Positions 29,470 through 42,652 of a stretch of DNA of 64,000 nucleotides are shown here, piece by piece. Origin of the DNA: Octopus vulgaris (taxonomy: Eukaryota). The stretch lies in the NCBI GenBank assembly GCA_951406725.2, contig OX597817.1, positions 6,386,001 through 6,450,000 on the forward strand. Reading direction: 5' to 3'. Both the position numbers and the translations under genes were made by a program. The notes beneath the pieces were generated by a model, which worked only from the letters and a program-made list of their open reading frames with translations, searched no databases and was not told the origin of the DNA. The number at the start of each line of letters is the position of its first letter. Within the stretch, counting starts at the first letter, position 1.

Positions 29470-30550
29470 TCACACGCTGCACACACGACACACAAAGGCG
29501 TGCACACATACACACACGTACACACACACCAAGCACGCGCACACACAACACATACACGCATGCACACTCTCATGCACTCCCACATGTGCACACACAACAC
29601 GCACGCCTGCACACCTTGTCTACACCGACGCACCTATAGACTCTCCATCTCAAAGTCTCTCTAACTCTCTCGCACACACACGCACGCACATACATGAACT
29701 TATGTATACCTCCACACATAAACCCCTACACACACAACACACAACGCACACATCCATGCACACATATACACGCATGTACATACACATCCACAAACACTCA
29801 AACGCACATACACGCATGCATGTACATCGGTACACGTACACGCTCATTCACACACGCTGCACACTTAGCACGTACACACACATGCACACATACATGCACG
29901 CACACTCGCATGCACACACACATCCACACACATATGTACAAAGACATGAAATCACACATACCTCCACATACATGAAATCACACATACCTCCAAACAAACA
30001 AAATACACACAACACATGCACACATACACACACCCATATATATATACAGCAAGAGAAAGAAGACAGAGTGATACACAGAAAGAGACACTCGCAACCTTAC
30101 ACATGTTTACACGCACACATATACACATCCCTGCTCTGTATACGCACCACCACAATCACCGCATCCACCCGTTCGCATAGCCTCACCCAACCATTCTCAC
30201 ACCCTTCCATCTATGCATACGTGCAAACACACACACACTGACACACCTACCCATTCACACACCTGTCACTGTAGCTGCGGACCTCTCAGAGTGACTTTGA
30301 CACACACGTAGACAAATCCTACCACACATACAGACACAGACTACGCACACAAACACACACACGCACACACAGTTAAAACCACACACACACAACACGCGCA
30401 CGAACGCTACCACGCATAGACAGAGTTACACGACACTCACGTACACAGACGCTCATTTACCGCCACACACACACACGCTACCTTACATACGCATGCTACC
30501 ACACACATGCTACCACACACATGCTATCACACACACACACACACCCGCAT
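29470..30550. repeat. Degenerate CA-rich low-complexity tract
   Basis: Explains the His/Thr-rich pseudo-ORFs. Confidence 0.9.
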
Positions 30551-30713
30551 ACAGGCCATTTTCACACTCTTTTGTCCCATCCCCTTCATTCCTTCTACCT
30601 CCAGTCCTTTCAAAAAATGTAATCACACGTGATTGTTAGTTGTTTCTTTTCCTCCCGCGTCTTGAGTTTTCCTGTTTTTCTCTTCCTTCGTGTTAGGCTT
30701 TCCTGTTTTTCGT

Positions 30714-30748
30714 GTTTCCAGAGAGGAGCTATGCTCGAAACGTAAAAC
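30714..30748 (+). ncRNA. Degenerate minimal hammerhead (same family as 36312)
   Basis: gttt-ccagagag-gagc tat gctc-GAAA-cg-TA-aaac; 5' core mutated. Confidence 0.4.
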
Positions 30749-32017
30749 TACTACTCTTTTCTTTCCCTGAGCATCTTATTAATACATTGCTTGTGTCACG
30801 TCGACATATTCGTTTGGTTTATTTTTTATTTTTTCTTTGATTTTTTTTCAATCGACTATGTACACACATACACCACAAACACACATACACACACATATAT
30901 ACATATTAATACTTGAATTAATACATATATATATATATATAGAAGCACACACAAGCACACACACACACACAAACATACACACATATACATATTTCGTAGG
31001 CGTTAAAACACTTGGCTCATCTTTTTTCTTTGCCTTCGTTTATTTACAATTTTCTACATACATGTGTGTGCATGTGTGCGTGTGTGTGTGTGCATGTGTT
31101 TGCGAATGCGTGTTTTCGTACATGAGTGTATTAGTTATTGTACTGTTACACTCATGTAAATTCTATACGTGAAATATATAACTCCTTGATCACCTTTCTC
31201 TCTCCGTTAACATCTAATAATTTATCTACGTTAACCGCAAAACACTTCATACTATCGCCTTGCCTCTAATTATCTGCATGACATCTTACGATAAACGTAT
31301 TTCATCGTTAGTCTTCCCTCCACCATTCTTCTACATCTGTCAATCGTCACTTTCCACTTAATGGCATCTATAAACGCACCTATCACACTAACTTTTACTT
31401 TCATTGGTGATTTGATTTTGATTTCGTTTCCTTCTTTTTTCAACTTGCCATTCCTGCTGTGGCTACTTTACTGCTTGATTTGTTTATCTCCATGCAACAA
31501 TGCACACAAATTATAGGTGATAGGCGCTTAATATTCGCTAAGTTTTTTTTCAATGTGTGTTATAACTTATGTATCAAGCAATTTTAAAGTTATGAAACGT
31601 TAGTAGTCCGTGTTTTTCTTGTGAAGGACAGATACGGAAGAAGATCACCGAAAATCGTGCCAGGTTGTATTAGCAGCTGCTCGTAATTTGTGGAGTGAAA
31701 ACACGTGTAAGTCAGAAAGACCATTATAATATGCTGTGTGAAATTGTAAAATAAGAGGAAATAAATTTTGAGGTTGAACAAGTCTCCAAGTTGTATATCG
31801 TTATAGTTATTGTTAATAAATCCTCCAGACAATATGTTGATTAGAAATATATGATGAGATAACAGTTATAAAACCGTAAACTGATTGCATATATACTAAA
31901 AGCGCCGGTTATAGAAGGCCTCAAGCTAACATAAGAGTAGAAGGTAGTATATAATTTATGTTTTAAAGAAAAAAGGAAGCGATTAATATAATATCATAAG
32001 ATATATAATATAATAAT

Positions 32018-32235
32018 GAAATTATTGTATACAGTGCTTAGGTGCACCACAACTTGTCAGAAAGTGCATATAAAGTACATGCAGTAATGTAGAAATGTCT
32101 GGAAAGCGAACAATGTACGAGTCAGATACATGCTTGTGTGTGTATGGAGGGGAGAAAATCAAGTGTAGTGTTGGCGAATCTCAGGAAGCATGGAAGTTTT
32201 GAAGGATGCAGTGCTCTGACAACTAACAACTGATA
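32018..32235 (-). mobile_element. CR1-type LINE 3' end
   Basis: Minus strand reads ISVVSCQSTASFKTSMLPEIRQHYT*, resembling a CR1 ORF2 C-terminus, then a short 3'UTR and AT-rich tail. Confidence 0.6.
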
Positions 32236-32569
32236 TTGAGGAGAAACAGAAAAAGGAAAAAGGAAGCAGAAAAAAGCATATATTTATAAATATATAATAA
32301 TAATGCCACAATCCAACATAGGAGATGAAGGTAGTGTATATTTTGCGTGGGAAATAAAGAAAAGAAGAGATATCAAATGGTATTGAGAAAGGGAAAAAGA
32401 AAGAGGAATAAAGGGAGCAGAAACATGCATGCATATATATTAATTCCAAATAATATCATACTTATATATAATACTGCAATGCAAAAACTTCTAGTTAAAA
32501 AATTTAAGTAGAAGCAAATAGTGGTAAAATATGTATTAACCGAAGTTATCAGGAAGGGGTAAATAATGT

Positions 32570-32594
32570 AATAATAATGATGACGATGATGATG

Positions 32595-32665
<71 letters not shown>

Positions 32666-32755
32666 TATAATAATAATAATAAAATAATAATAATAATAAT
32701 AATTATAATAATAGTAATAATAAAATAATAATAATAATAACAGCAACAACAACAT
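32570..32755. repeat. (AAT)n microsatellite
   Basis: Direct inspection. Confidence 0.95.
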
Positions 32756-33057
32756 ATTGTTTATGTTTATAATAAAAACGCAATAAAATGTAATTTAGAC
32801 GAACAAATATATAACAAGTCTAGAATAATATTGAAAGAGAAAATATCAAAAGTACAAAATATATCCATACATCCCTTTAGGAAATTTATTTGAAGACTTT
32901 AAGGTAAAAAACTCTAATAATAAACTATTAGGTAGGAAAGAATTTTAAAAATTCTAAATTTCTGACATTCTGAAATTTCGTTAAATAAACAGGAAGTAAA
33001 TATGCTATGGAACATGCTTAAGGTGGTAAAGGTAATAATATTAAGAAAATAAACTTC

Positions 33058-33470
33058 GGCGCAGGAGTGGCTGTGTGGTAAGTAGCTTGTTTACCAACCA
33101 CATTGTTCCGAGTTCAGTCCCTTGGGCAAGTGGCACCTTGGGCAAGTGTCTTCTAATATAGCCTCGGGCCGACGAAAGCCTTGTGAGTGGATTTGGTAGA
33201 CGGAAACTGAAAGAAGCCTGTCGTATATATGTATATATATATATGTGTGTGCGTGTGCGTGTATGTTTGTGTTTGTCCCCCTAGCATTGCTTGACAACAG
33301 ATGCTGGTGTGTTTATGTCCCCGTCACTTAGCGGTTCGGCAAAAGAGACCGATAGAATAAGTACAGGGCTTACAAAGAATAAGTCCCGGGGTCGAGTTGC
33401 TCGACTAAAGGCGGTACTCCAGCATGACCGCAGTCAAATGACTGAAACAAGTAAAAGAGTAAAGAGTAAG
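33058..33470 (+). mobile_element. SINE family A, full length
   Basis: ggcgcaggagtggctgtgtggtaagtagcttg..gagttcagtcc head; gtaaaagagtaaagagt tail. Confidence 0.85.
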
Positions 33471-33499
33471 AGCAAATACTTATATATAAGTAAATAAAT

Positions 33500-34229
33500 G
33501 GAAAATAAAATAAATTACAAGGAATTACACTAAACGCCTTCATGCATAGCTGGGATGTAGGGAAAACATAGTTTTTGCTCGACATCCCTGCTAAGCATGA
33601 AGGCATTTTGCGTAAACCAGTGTAATTTATTGTATTTTATTCCTACGGTGTTCCGAGTGATCACTAGTGATGGCGGCGTTATGTTTTCATTCATCTTTCC
33701 ACACGACGTCAGACACAACACGGAGACCTACATCAAGTGCCCGGAAGAGGTAGTACTGCTCCGGGTGAAAAGAGTGGTTGCTGGAAGACCCTATGTCTGG
33801 CAACAGGACTCTGCACCGTGCCACACAAGCAGGAGAACCCAGTCATGGCTGTCAGAATATTTCTGCGACCACATCACCACTAGCATCTGGCTACCTAACT
33901 CGACAGACTGCAACCCCCTTCATTATTATATATGGAGCGTAGTTGAGCGAGAGTTCAACAAAACTCCTTCTAACACGAAAGTTGAACTGAAGGCAATGGT
34001 TATGGCAACATTCACCAACTTAAACAAGGAGACCGTCCAGAAGAGATGCAGGAAATTTGAAGTCATCTAAATCCTGTGGTTAAAGTCAATGGCGAGTTCA
34101 TTGAATACATTTACTCTTTAGTGTTTCAAGATATTTTTATATAATTTTGGTAAATATATTTGTTTAAAAGTAATGTCAGTGTTATTTTCATTTTTGCGCA
34201 GTTTAGACGACAGTTTATTCGCCCCAACC

Positions 34230-34232
<3 letters not shown>
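33500..34232 (+). mobile_element. Tc1/mariner maT-type (DD37D) transposon, 3' remnant
   Basis: ORF 33597-34070 WQQDSAPCH..NSTDCNPLHYYIW: 37 residues between the second D and the mutated third D position; right TIR ..gacagtttattcgccccaacctgt. Confidence 0.8.
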
Positions 34233-34308
<76 letters not shown>

Positions 34309-34419
34309 GTGTGTGTGTATGTGTGTGTGTTTGTGTGTGTGAGGTTGTATGTGTGTGTACGTATCTATATATATATATATATATATGTTTCAAAATAAAA
34401 ACAGGACGCAAAGGATTTT

Positions 34420-34512
34420 GCGGTACATATGTTTCGGGCTCTATTGAACGACTAATTCTTATATCAATGCATAGTTGATACAACAGATACATCAAAATCC
34501 TTCTTCAGCCGC
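34420..34512 (-). ncRNA. Type I hammerhead ribozyme with extended helix II
   Basis: gcgg-CTGAAGA-aggattttga..tcaatagagccc-GAAA-catatg-TA-ccgc. Confidence 0.75.
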
Positions 34513-35695
34513 GTACAATTACCACACCAAAGACTTGTATCACATTATAACAGGTTTGAGAAAAAACCGAGTTTCACTGGGGAAGTAAATCCTCATAGGC
34601 GTACATGGTATTGCGAGACTCCAAAACAAATCGTCCATGCCGTTTCTTCACTCGGTAAACAATGAATACTGGGTAGATTACTTCATATAAGGGAAGGAAT
34701 TGGATGTTGAGAGAAAGAGGAAAGGAGGTGAAGGGGGTGAAACTTTAATGAAGTTGGGATCAAAGAAAAGAAAAAAATATACATATAAATTTAAACATAA
34801 TTATAAAGGATAATAATAAATATAGAATATAATAAAAAAGTAAAGATGTAAAGAAATAAGTATATAAAGATACAAAGGACGTTACGTATAGGGTCATAAA
34901 TTCTTGAAATGTATTGTGAAAGTGTAAAAGGTACAAGAAATAAAGGGTAAAAGATAAGATAAAATATAAAAATAAAAAAATAAAAAATAAAAATAGAAAT
35001 AAAAAATAAGAGATAAAAAGCGAAAAATAAAGACGAAAAATAAAAAAAAAGACGAAAAAAAATAATAAAAAGGTGAACATAAAGATAAAGTGAGATAAAC
35101 ATAAAGAGATACAGAGGAATACATGGCGGTTAGAGATGATGGGTTAGAGTTTCGATGCTGCGGTGAGTGTCGTAAATTATTTTTAATTATCTGGGGGGAG
35201 CGATATAGTAGTAGGCGAATGGTCATTTAGTGGCAGTCTTAAGCTACATGCTCCAAGATTAAAGTCTGTATGTACGTGTGTGTCTATATACTTATCTACT
35301 TTCACATATATAAGTGCGTCTGGTGGTAGTCTGGAAGCCGATATTATTATACAGTCCATGTCATCCTCAATCAAGATATACACATATACATATACACACA
35401 CATGTATATATATACATACACATACACAAAACTACATATATATATATATATACATATATATACGCATATACACACATATACACACACGTACATACACGCA
35501 CACACACACACACACATATATACGAAGTAATCTACCCAGTATTCATTGTTTACCGAGTGAAGAAACGGCATGGACGATTTGTTTTGGAGTCTCGCAATAC
35601 CATGTACGCCTATGAGGATTTACTTCCCCAGTGAAACTCGGTTTTTTCTCAAACCTGTTATAATGTGATACAAGTCTTTGGTGTGGTAATTGTAC

Positions 35696-35788
35696 GCGGC
35701 TGAAGAAGGCTTTTGATCTATCTGTTGTATCAACTATGCATTGATATAAGAATTAGTTGTTCAATAAAACCCGAAACATATGTACCGC
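35696..35788 (+). ncRNA. Type I hammerhead ribozyme with extended helix II
   Basis: gcgg-CTGAAGA(35700-06)-aggcttttga..tgtatcaa/ttgatata..ccc-GAAA(35773-76)-catatg-TA-ccgc; palindromic helix III ACATATGT, GUA cleavage triplet. Confidence 0.75.
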
Positions 35789-36152
35789 AAAATCCTTTGC
35801 GTCCTGTTTTTCTTTTGATACATACATCCTATCACCTATACAGGTGCTTACATTTATCAAGCATTCACCCTGAATTTATTGTACCTAACTATATATATAT
35901 ATATATGTATGTTTATATATATGTGTGTGTATGTGTGTATATATCTATATATATGTGTATCTATGTATATATATATATATTATGTATATATATATGCATA
36001 TGTATATATATATATGTATATGTATATGTATATATGTGTATATGTGTATGTATATATATATGTATAAGTATATATATATGTATATGTATATGTATATATA
36101 TATAAGTATATATATATATAAGTATATATATATGTATATGTATATGTATATA

Positions 36153-36223
<71 letters not shown>

Positions 36224-36239
36224 GTATATATATATAAAA

Positions 36240-36445
36240 TGTGACCTCGTGTGTACCATTGGCAATTTGTTTTCCTCTGTCTTCCCTTCTCTGGATCTTT
36301 CCTTCTCCTGTGTTTCCGACGAAGAGCTCCGCTCGAAACGTTAAACCCTCCTCCTTTCCTTCTTTCCTGAGCGTTCAATAATACTATATTTCTTCCACGT
36401 CCTCGCGTTGTTGTGTTTTTTGTGCTTTCTTGTTTGGATTAACTT
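36240..36445 (+). repeat. Short pyrimidine-rich repeat tail containing a hammerhead-like motif at 36312-36346
   Basis: gttt-CCGACGA-a-gagc tcc gctc-GAAA-cg-TT-aaac; homologous to 30640-30850. Confidence 0.55.
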
Positions 36446-36527
36446 TATATATATACATATATATACATAAAATTATTAGCGCTAAGCAGTGTTTAGGAAT
36501 GTGCAAAATTACCTAAGCTGAAATTTG

Positions 36528-36918
36528 TTTGTCACATATTTCAAAACCTAAAATGCAAGTACAATGCAGTTACCGTGGAGAATATGATAAAAGGGTGTAG
36601 AAATACCCGGTTCGTTCTGTGTGTCGCTGTGCATTCGGATTCTCAGACATAGATATATTCCCTCGGTCAGGTGATCTACTAGCCCAAATCATTCAACGTG
36701 TTGAGTGAATTATAAATAAAGCTACAGCTTCATAAGTTAGATCAGAGTTGCTTCTCTTAGATCTCTTTCATTGAAAGTGCTAAGAAGCTCGAAACATCGA
36801 TGTCTGAGATTGCAATGAACGAACCGGGTGTTTTCACATCTATTTTACGATAAGAGAGATATACTCTCCATGGTAACTCCAGTGTAATTGCCTTTTAGCA
36901 ATTGAAATATGTGACAAA
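36528..36918. mobile_element. Foldback element (~125-bp imperfect IR arms) with a decayed hammerhead at 36766-36809
   Basis: Arms 36528-36654 / 36796-36918; tttca-ttgaaagtgc taagaa gctc-GAAA-catcgatg-TC-tgaga. Confidence 0.6.
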
Positions 36919-37899
36919 TATGTAGGATATAGATAGATACGCTCGTACACATATACAGCAAATATTAATATAAACATACACCTTATGATTTAACATTTGA
37001 TATGTAACCAACTCAGTATTTATTACACTGGACAGGATATTTTTATATCCAGTATACCTCCAGCGCATAATAACATGTTGAGGACATTTTTATTATTGAT
37101 TTTGATAAATTTATTCAAATATCACATCAACTGTCAGCTGTATTGTAATTTTATTCTTGATTTACTCGAGACTAAATTCGTCACAATTCTGGCTCTTCAA
37201 TAAATATGGAAAGTTTCAACATTAATGCTCAGTATTTCTGAATTTAAGAGACTGTTGGGCTTTATTGATGTGTTCTTTTCTTTATTAATGACGCTCAAAT
37301 TGTTATGCTAAATATCTGTTTTGCATATATTATCTCACAAGCATGGATTTAATTGTAGCACTTAAAAAATTATATTTTTACAGATACTGCGCCAGAGGTT
37401 AATTATATCTATATAATTATATATATAGTGTAATTATTTTGGGATGAAACCAGAGGATAGGTTTTGTATTTGAAAAGTTATATTCGAGGACCGTCAAAAA
37501 GTTTAAAAAGTAGCACTTCCTAAAGCAAGCTACATTCATTTCGTAATCAAGGGAACTAATTATAGGTGCAATCCAGAAATGTTGATATTCGATTTATCAG
37601 TTGATCATACACATATAGTAAAAAAATTTGTATTTATAAATATATGATTGTGTAATATTCTAATACATTACATATTCTAATCCATTCTAAATTCCCATAC
37701 AAATTTTTCCTAGTAGCGTATGTTTGCTAGGAAAGTTTAGAAAATGAATTGAACTCATTTTACCGCAGATACAAACTTCTTGTAACCGGCTTCCAGGTAT
37801 AGCAGAAAGATGCAAACACTTTGCTGTCATTATACCATTCAAGGAAAACATGAAAAAAAAGCTAGTGAACTGACATCGGGCAAAACCCATTACAGCGCG

Positions 37900-38155
37900 T
37901 CTTTTATATTTCATCTTTCACAATTTCCAGTCATTAGACCGTAGCCATGCTGGATTAGCACGTTAAAGAGATCTTAGTCGAATGAATCGACCCCAGTACT
38001 TATATTCCATTTAAGCCTGTTACGTTATATGTCGGTACCTTCTGCTGAAAAGCTAAGTTACGGGGACGTAGTACCAACCCGGTTGTCAAGCGGTGGGTGG
38101 ATGGAGAAACACTCACACACACACACACACACACATATATATACGCACATATAAG

Positions 38156-38210
<55 letters not shown>

Positions 38211-38363
38211 GAGCGTTTCTTTTACAGTTTCCGTCTACCAAATCCCCTCACAAGGCGTTGATCAACAAGAGACTATAGTAAAATAATTGCACAGCGTGTC
38301 ACGCAGTGGGACTGAACCCGGAACCATGTGCTTGGAAAGCAATATTACCACGCAAACACGCCA
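37900..38363 (-). mobile_element. SINE family A, degenerate
   Basis: Matches 964-1370. Confidence 0.75.
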
Positions 38364-39387
38364 GTATTACATATATGTGAACTCATATGAATATTTTATT
38401 CACTTTTAGAAATAGTCAAATATAATGAATCGGCAAAGAATTCGAACAAAACTGTGGAGGAAGACGTGAATACTTCTTGTTCTTTTACAGTATTCTCAAG
38501 ACAAAATAGCAACTTATAATTTATAGTTACATTAGCTGGTAGCAACTGAAAATTATTTGAAATAAAATGTTTTAATACTACAGGATATGTTCAACCACGT
38601 TTGTTCTCTTTAACCATGTCTAGTCTAACAATATCGTGCCAAAACCTCTCCCAATGAGCTCTGTGTAGGTTCCTTGTCAGACCGTTCTGCCAGAAAATGT
38701 GTTGAAGGAATTGCCTGTAATTTTATGTTCTTTTTAATAATGTGGTTAAGAGTTTGCTTGCATTCGCTTGTCAAATGTTAGGGGGATAAAATTGAAGTTG
38801 TTTTCGCTGTAATATAAGCTACATATAAGCCACTCCTTTCTAAATACGCTTTATTATATCAAAAAATACAGTCCTTTCATTTTCCAACTCAATGTGTAAT
38901 AATATAAATATACTGGGCACCTGTCAAAACTTAGAGAACACTGTATTAAGTTTAAGATAATTCTCAATGCAACAAGTTGCATTTCCGACAAATATTGATA
39001 GAAACTAGTCCATTCAAAATTGTCTTTACAGATGAGGAAATAAGGGTATAAGATAGTTATCGGTGATTTATTGCTTATATTCAAATACTAATCCACATTA
39101 GGTAATAATTATTTTGGGAGATTTTTCTAGCATTCATAAATAAATATTTTTTAACCAAGGCACCAGTATATGTTGAAAAAGGAACCAAGTCTTATTACTT
39201 TTAGAGTTAAATTCAAACATCGCTAAAGAAAGGAGGAATAAAAGAGAAGGAACTGGTTCATGACGCTCTGTCCAGTTCGGTCAAGGTAATTTAGTGCATA
39301 TAACCCCTTGATGATTTATAAGTTTGGAGTTGATCATAATTTCAGAAAGTGATCTCTTTTACCCTTTTACTTGTTTCGGTCATTTGT

Positions 39388-40820
39388 CTGTGGCGAACAC
39401 GTACATCGAGTCCATCATCTACTACCGCCTGTCCATCGTACCTTGTCCCGACCCTACCATCACCAAACTAGAACGCATCCTCTTCCGCTTCTTGTGGAAA
39501 GGATGCGTCCCGATGGTCAGGCGATCCATTTGCTGTCAACACCCGTTAAAAGGAGGGCTGGGCATGCCTTGGTTGATGATGCGCAGACACGCGCTGAGAC
39601 TGCGACATCTCTGGCTCTATGTAGACGACAGTGAACAGGTGTGGTCGCTGTTTGTGAGGCACGCTTTCCCGCAGCTCGTCTCCATGACCGAACTGCAGTC
39701 GTGGATCAAAAAGAGGCCGAGGAAGGGCGAATGGCACCGCGAGTGTCGCGTTGCTCTCAAGCATCTCTGCCGTCCCGGGTCGACCTTGAGTGACTTCAAC
39801 ACAACCAAAGCATTCTATAGGGGATTAGTGGAGGGGAGGTACGACGACGATCTCGGGGCAAACCTGGGCGTCGACGAGGAATACCTGACCCGTCTGTTTC
39901 AAACGACTTTCGGCCCGGGACCTATGGACAACTTCCAGAGATCCCTAGCCTGGCGGTGCTACCGAGAAGCGCTACCCGTTCGGGATAAGCTCTATAGGCA
40001 TGGCTCGAGAAACACGGGGCCGACCTGCCCGAGATGCGGGCAGAGCGACGAAACCGTTCTGCACGCACTCGTGCAGTGTCCAACAATTTCCGATATGCGG
40101 GCTTATGTCGAACGACTGCTGTCACGTGTGGGACGTGTCGGTTTATCAGCCGAGTCTATCGTTAATATCGTCACGCCTCCTTCCTTCAAACGGGAAGGAA
40201 GAGCTATTTTTATCAGACTTGTGGCTATGGCGAAAGAATGTATCTGGTGGACGCGCCTGAAAGGATTAGAGACAAACACTTTCCTCTCTGGTCAATCTCT
40301 CATCAACTTCTTCAAGTATCACTTGAAGAGGAAAGTGAGAGTAGAGAGGCAAGTTTTGTCTAGTGAATGTTTTAAAAAGATGGGTGAATGTTGCAAGGAT
40401 GGCACGTATGAATGACGAAGCCACCTTGACTATGATTCTATGAACCGTAACAATTAATACAGAGAGTTGCTTATTTGCAAAAAAAAAAAAAAAAATACAA
40501 CATGTGACTTCATTGACTGAGGTTACCGTGGTCTTTTCCGTAGGCTTTTCTTTCCACGGGTAAACCTCACCTGTCCTCCCCTTTACATTTCATATTGACA
40601 TTTCTGTGATTACGATCCCTATTGATCAACATTTTTTTCCTCTCCCCTTTTCTTTTTTCTCCCCCCTTTAAAAAAATCCTCCCCTTTTTTGTCCTCTTTC
40701 TTTCCTTTTACGATCCCTTTTGATCGAAAACCAACCCCCTCTTTTTTACCCCCAAAAGAAAAGCTCTACCTTGTAATTTGTTCTGTCTGTGTGCAGCCCT
40801 GTGTGGCTAATAAAGAAACA
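39388..40820 (+). mobile_element. Tx1/L1-clade LINE, 5'-truncated ORF2 C-terminus plus 3'UTR ending in (TATC)n
   Basis: ORF 39324-40415: LERILFRFLWKG..GGLGMP..ALPVRDKL..CPRCGQSDETVLHALVQCP (zf-RVT-type); aataaa near 40809; (TATC)n 40821-41035. Confidence 0.85.
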
Positions 40821-40911
<91 letters not shown>

Positions 40912-40912
40912 G

Positions 40913-41031
<119 letters not shown>

Positions 41032-41064
41032 CATCTATTTAACTGCCTGTCAGTTCGTCTGTTA

Positions 41065-41119
<55 letters not shown>

Positions 41120-41129
41120 AGCACACAGA

Positions 41130-42009
41130 TAAAGGATGCAATGAGTAAATTGTCTTGTCACCATTTTATATTTATGATTATGCGCATTAGTTGGGTTTGA
41201 TTTTGTCGACTTCTCAGTATGGTAGGGTCAGTTGAGCGTCGCCTGTGAGAAAAGCCGCAACATAAGGCAATTCTCTCTCCCAGAAATTTGGAAATGACAT
41301 GCTGTACTGCTTGGCATTCGCAACGAAAGCTACAATACGAACATTCCAGAGTGTTTTGGTGTCAATCTGATGACAATGCAATCGGAGGACACGTACCGGG
41401 AGCAATAAAAATCAGACATCCACTCAACATCATGGTGTTTAGAGTGATCACTAGTGATGGCGACGTTGTACCGTCATTGCTTTTCCCACACGGTTTTAAC
41501 AGGGAGGTCTACATCAAGTGCCTGGAGGAAGTGGTGCTGCCCTGGTTCAAGAGAATGGTTGCTGGAAGATACTATGTATCGCAACTGGTCTCTGCACCAT
41601 GCCACACAACCAAGAGAACCCAGTCATGGCCATCAGACAATTTCCGCAACCACATCACCCCTAACATCTGGTCACTTAACTCGCCAGACTGCAAGACCCT
41701 TCACTATTATATATATGGGGCTCAGTTGAGCGAGAAACCAACAAAACTCCTTGTAATACGAAAGATGAATTGTTATGGTAGCATTCACCAACCTAAACAA
41801 GGAGACCATCCAGAAGAGATGCATGAGATTCTGAACTCGTCTACAGACCGTGGATGAAGCCGATGGCGATTTTATTGGAGGATTTTACTCTTTAGTATTT
41901 CAAGATATTTCTATGTAATAATTTAGGTAAATATATCTGTAAAATGAGATGTCAATGTTACTTTCATTTTTGCGTAAATTAGGCGACAGTTTAATAACCG
42001 CACCCTGTA

Positions 42010-42010
<1 letters not shown>
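41130..42010 (+). mobile_element. maT-type (DD37D) transposon, internally deleted, same family as 33500-34232
   Basis: IMVFRVITSDGDV..YIKCLEEVVLPW..SAPCHT..NSPDCKTLHY; degenerate TIRs at ~41130 and 41980-42010. Confidence 0.8.
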
Positions 42011-42070
<60 letters not shown>

Positions 42071-42074
42071 CATA

Positions 42075-42652
42075 TCTCTCAGAGAGATTTATGCAGTGGT
42101 GATACGATAAGGTAGTTGTATACTGTCAACTTAATGTGACAGTCCCATGAAGGGAATAATACTACTGCTATTTAGCCCTAGGAAGCTGCAACGCTTCCTG
42201 TCGGACTTGATACATTTCCTGTGTCCTTATGTTTACAAGGGGGAGATAAACACCTCTACCCAGCTAAGCCAGCATTTAGAGAATAGTTTTTGAGTCGTTG
42301 CGCGTCTTCAGTCTGGAGTAGCATGGCTTGCTTATTGGAGATGCCTATCTAGCCCTTGTAAACATATAATTATTCAGGTGAAATACATTCATAAGAAATG
42401 TGTCAAGGCTGACAGGAAGGGGTGCTATTTCCTAGGGCTAAATAGCAGTAGTATTATTCCCTGCATGGGAATATCACATTAAGCTGACAGCATACAACTA
42501 CTTTATCGTATCACTACTGCATAAATCTATCTGAGAGATTTAGAAATGTATTATTTCTATTTCTGAAATCAGTGAATATATTTCACTAGAATAATTATAT
42601 GCTTACAAGGGCTAGATAGGCATCTCCAACTAGCACGCCATGCTATTCTAGA
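42075..42652. mobile_element. Interleaved inverted-repeat element with a decayed minus-strand hammerhead (~42277-42318)
   Basis: IR A 42075-42218 / 42395-42538; IR B 42312-42391 / 42573-42652; minus strand ccaga-CTGAAGA-cgcgcaacgactc-aaaaa-ctat-TC-tctaa. Confidence 0.6.

Larger units (their letters stand above)
34391..35817. mobile_element. Pair of ~300-bp inverted repeats, each carrying an outward-facing hammerhead (pLTR-like), around an ~830-bp low-complexity spacer
   Basis: 34391-34688 is the near-identical reverse complement of 35519-35817. Confidence 0.8.
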
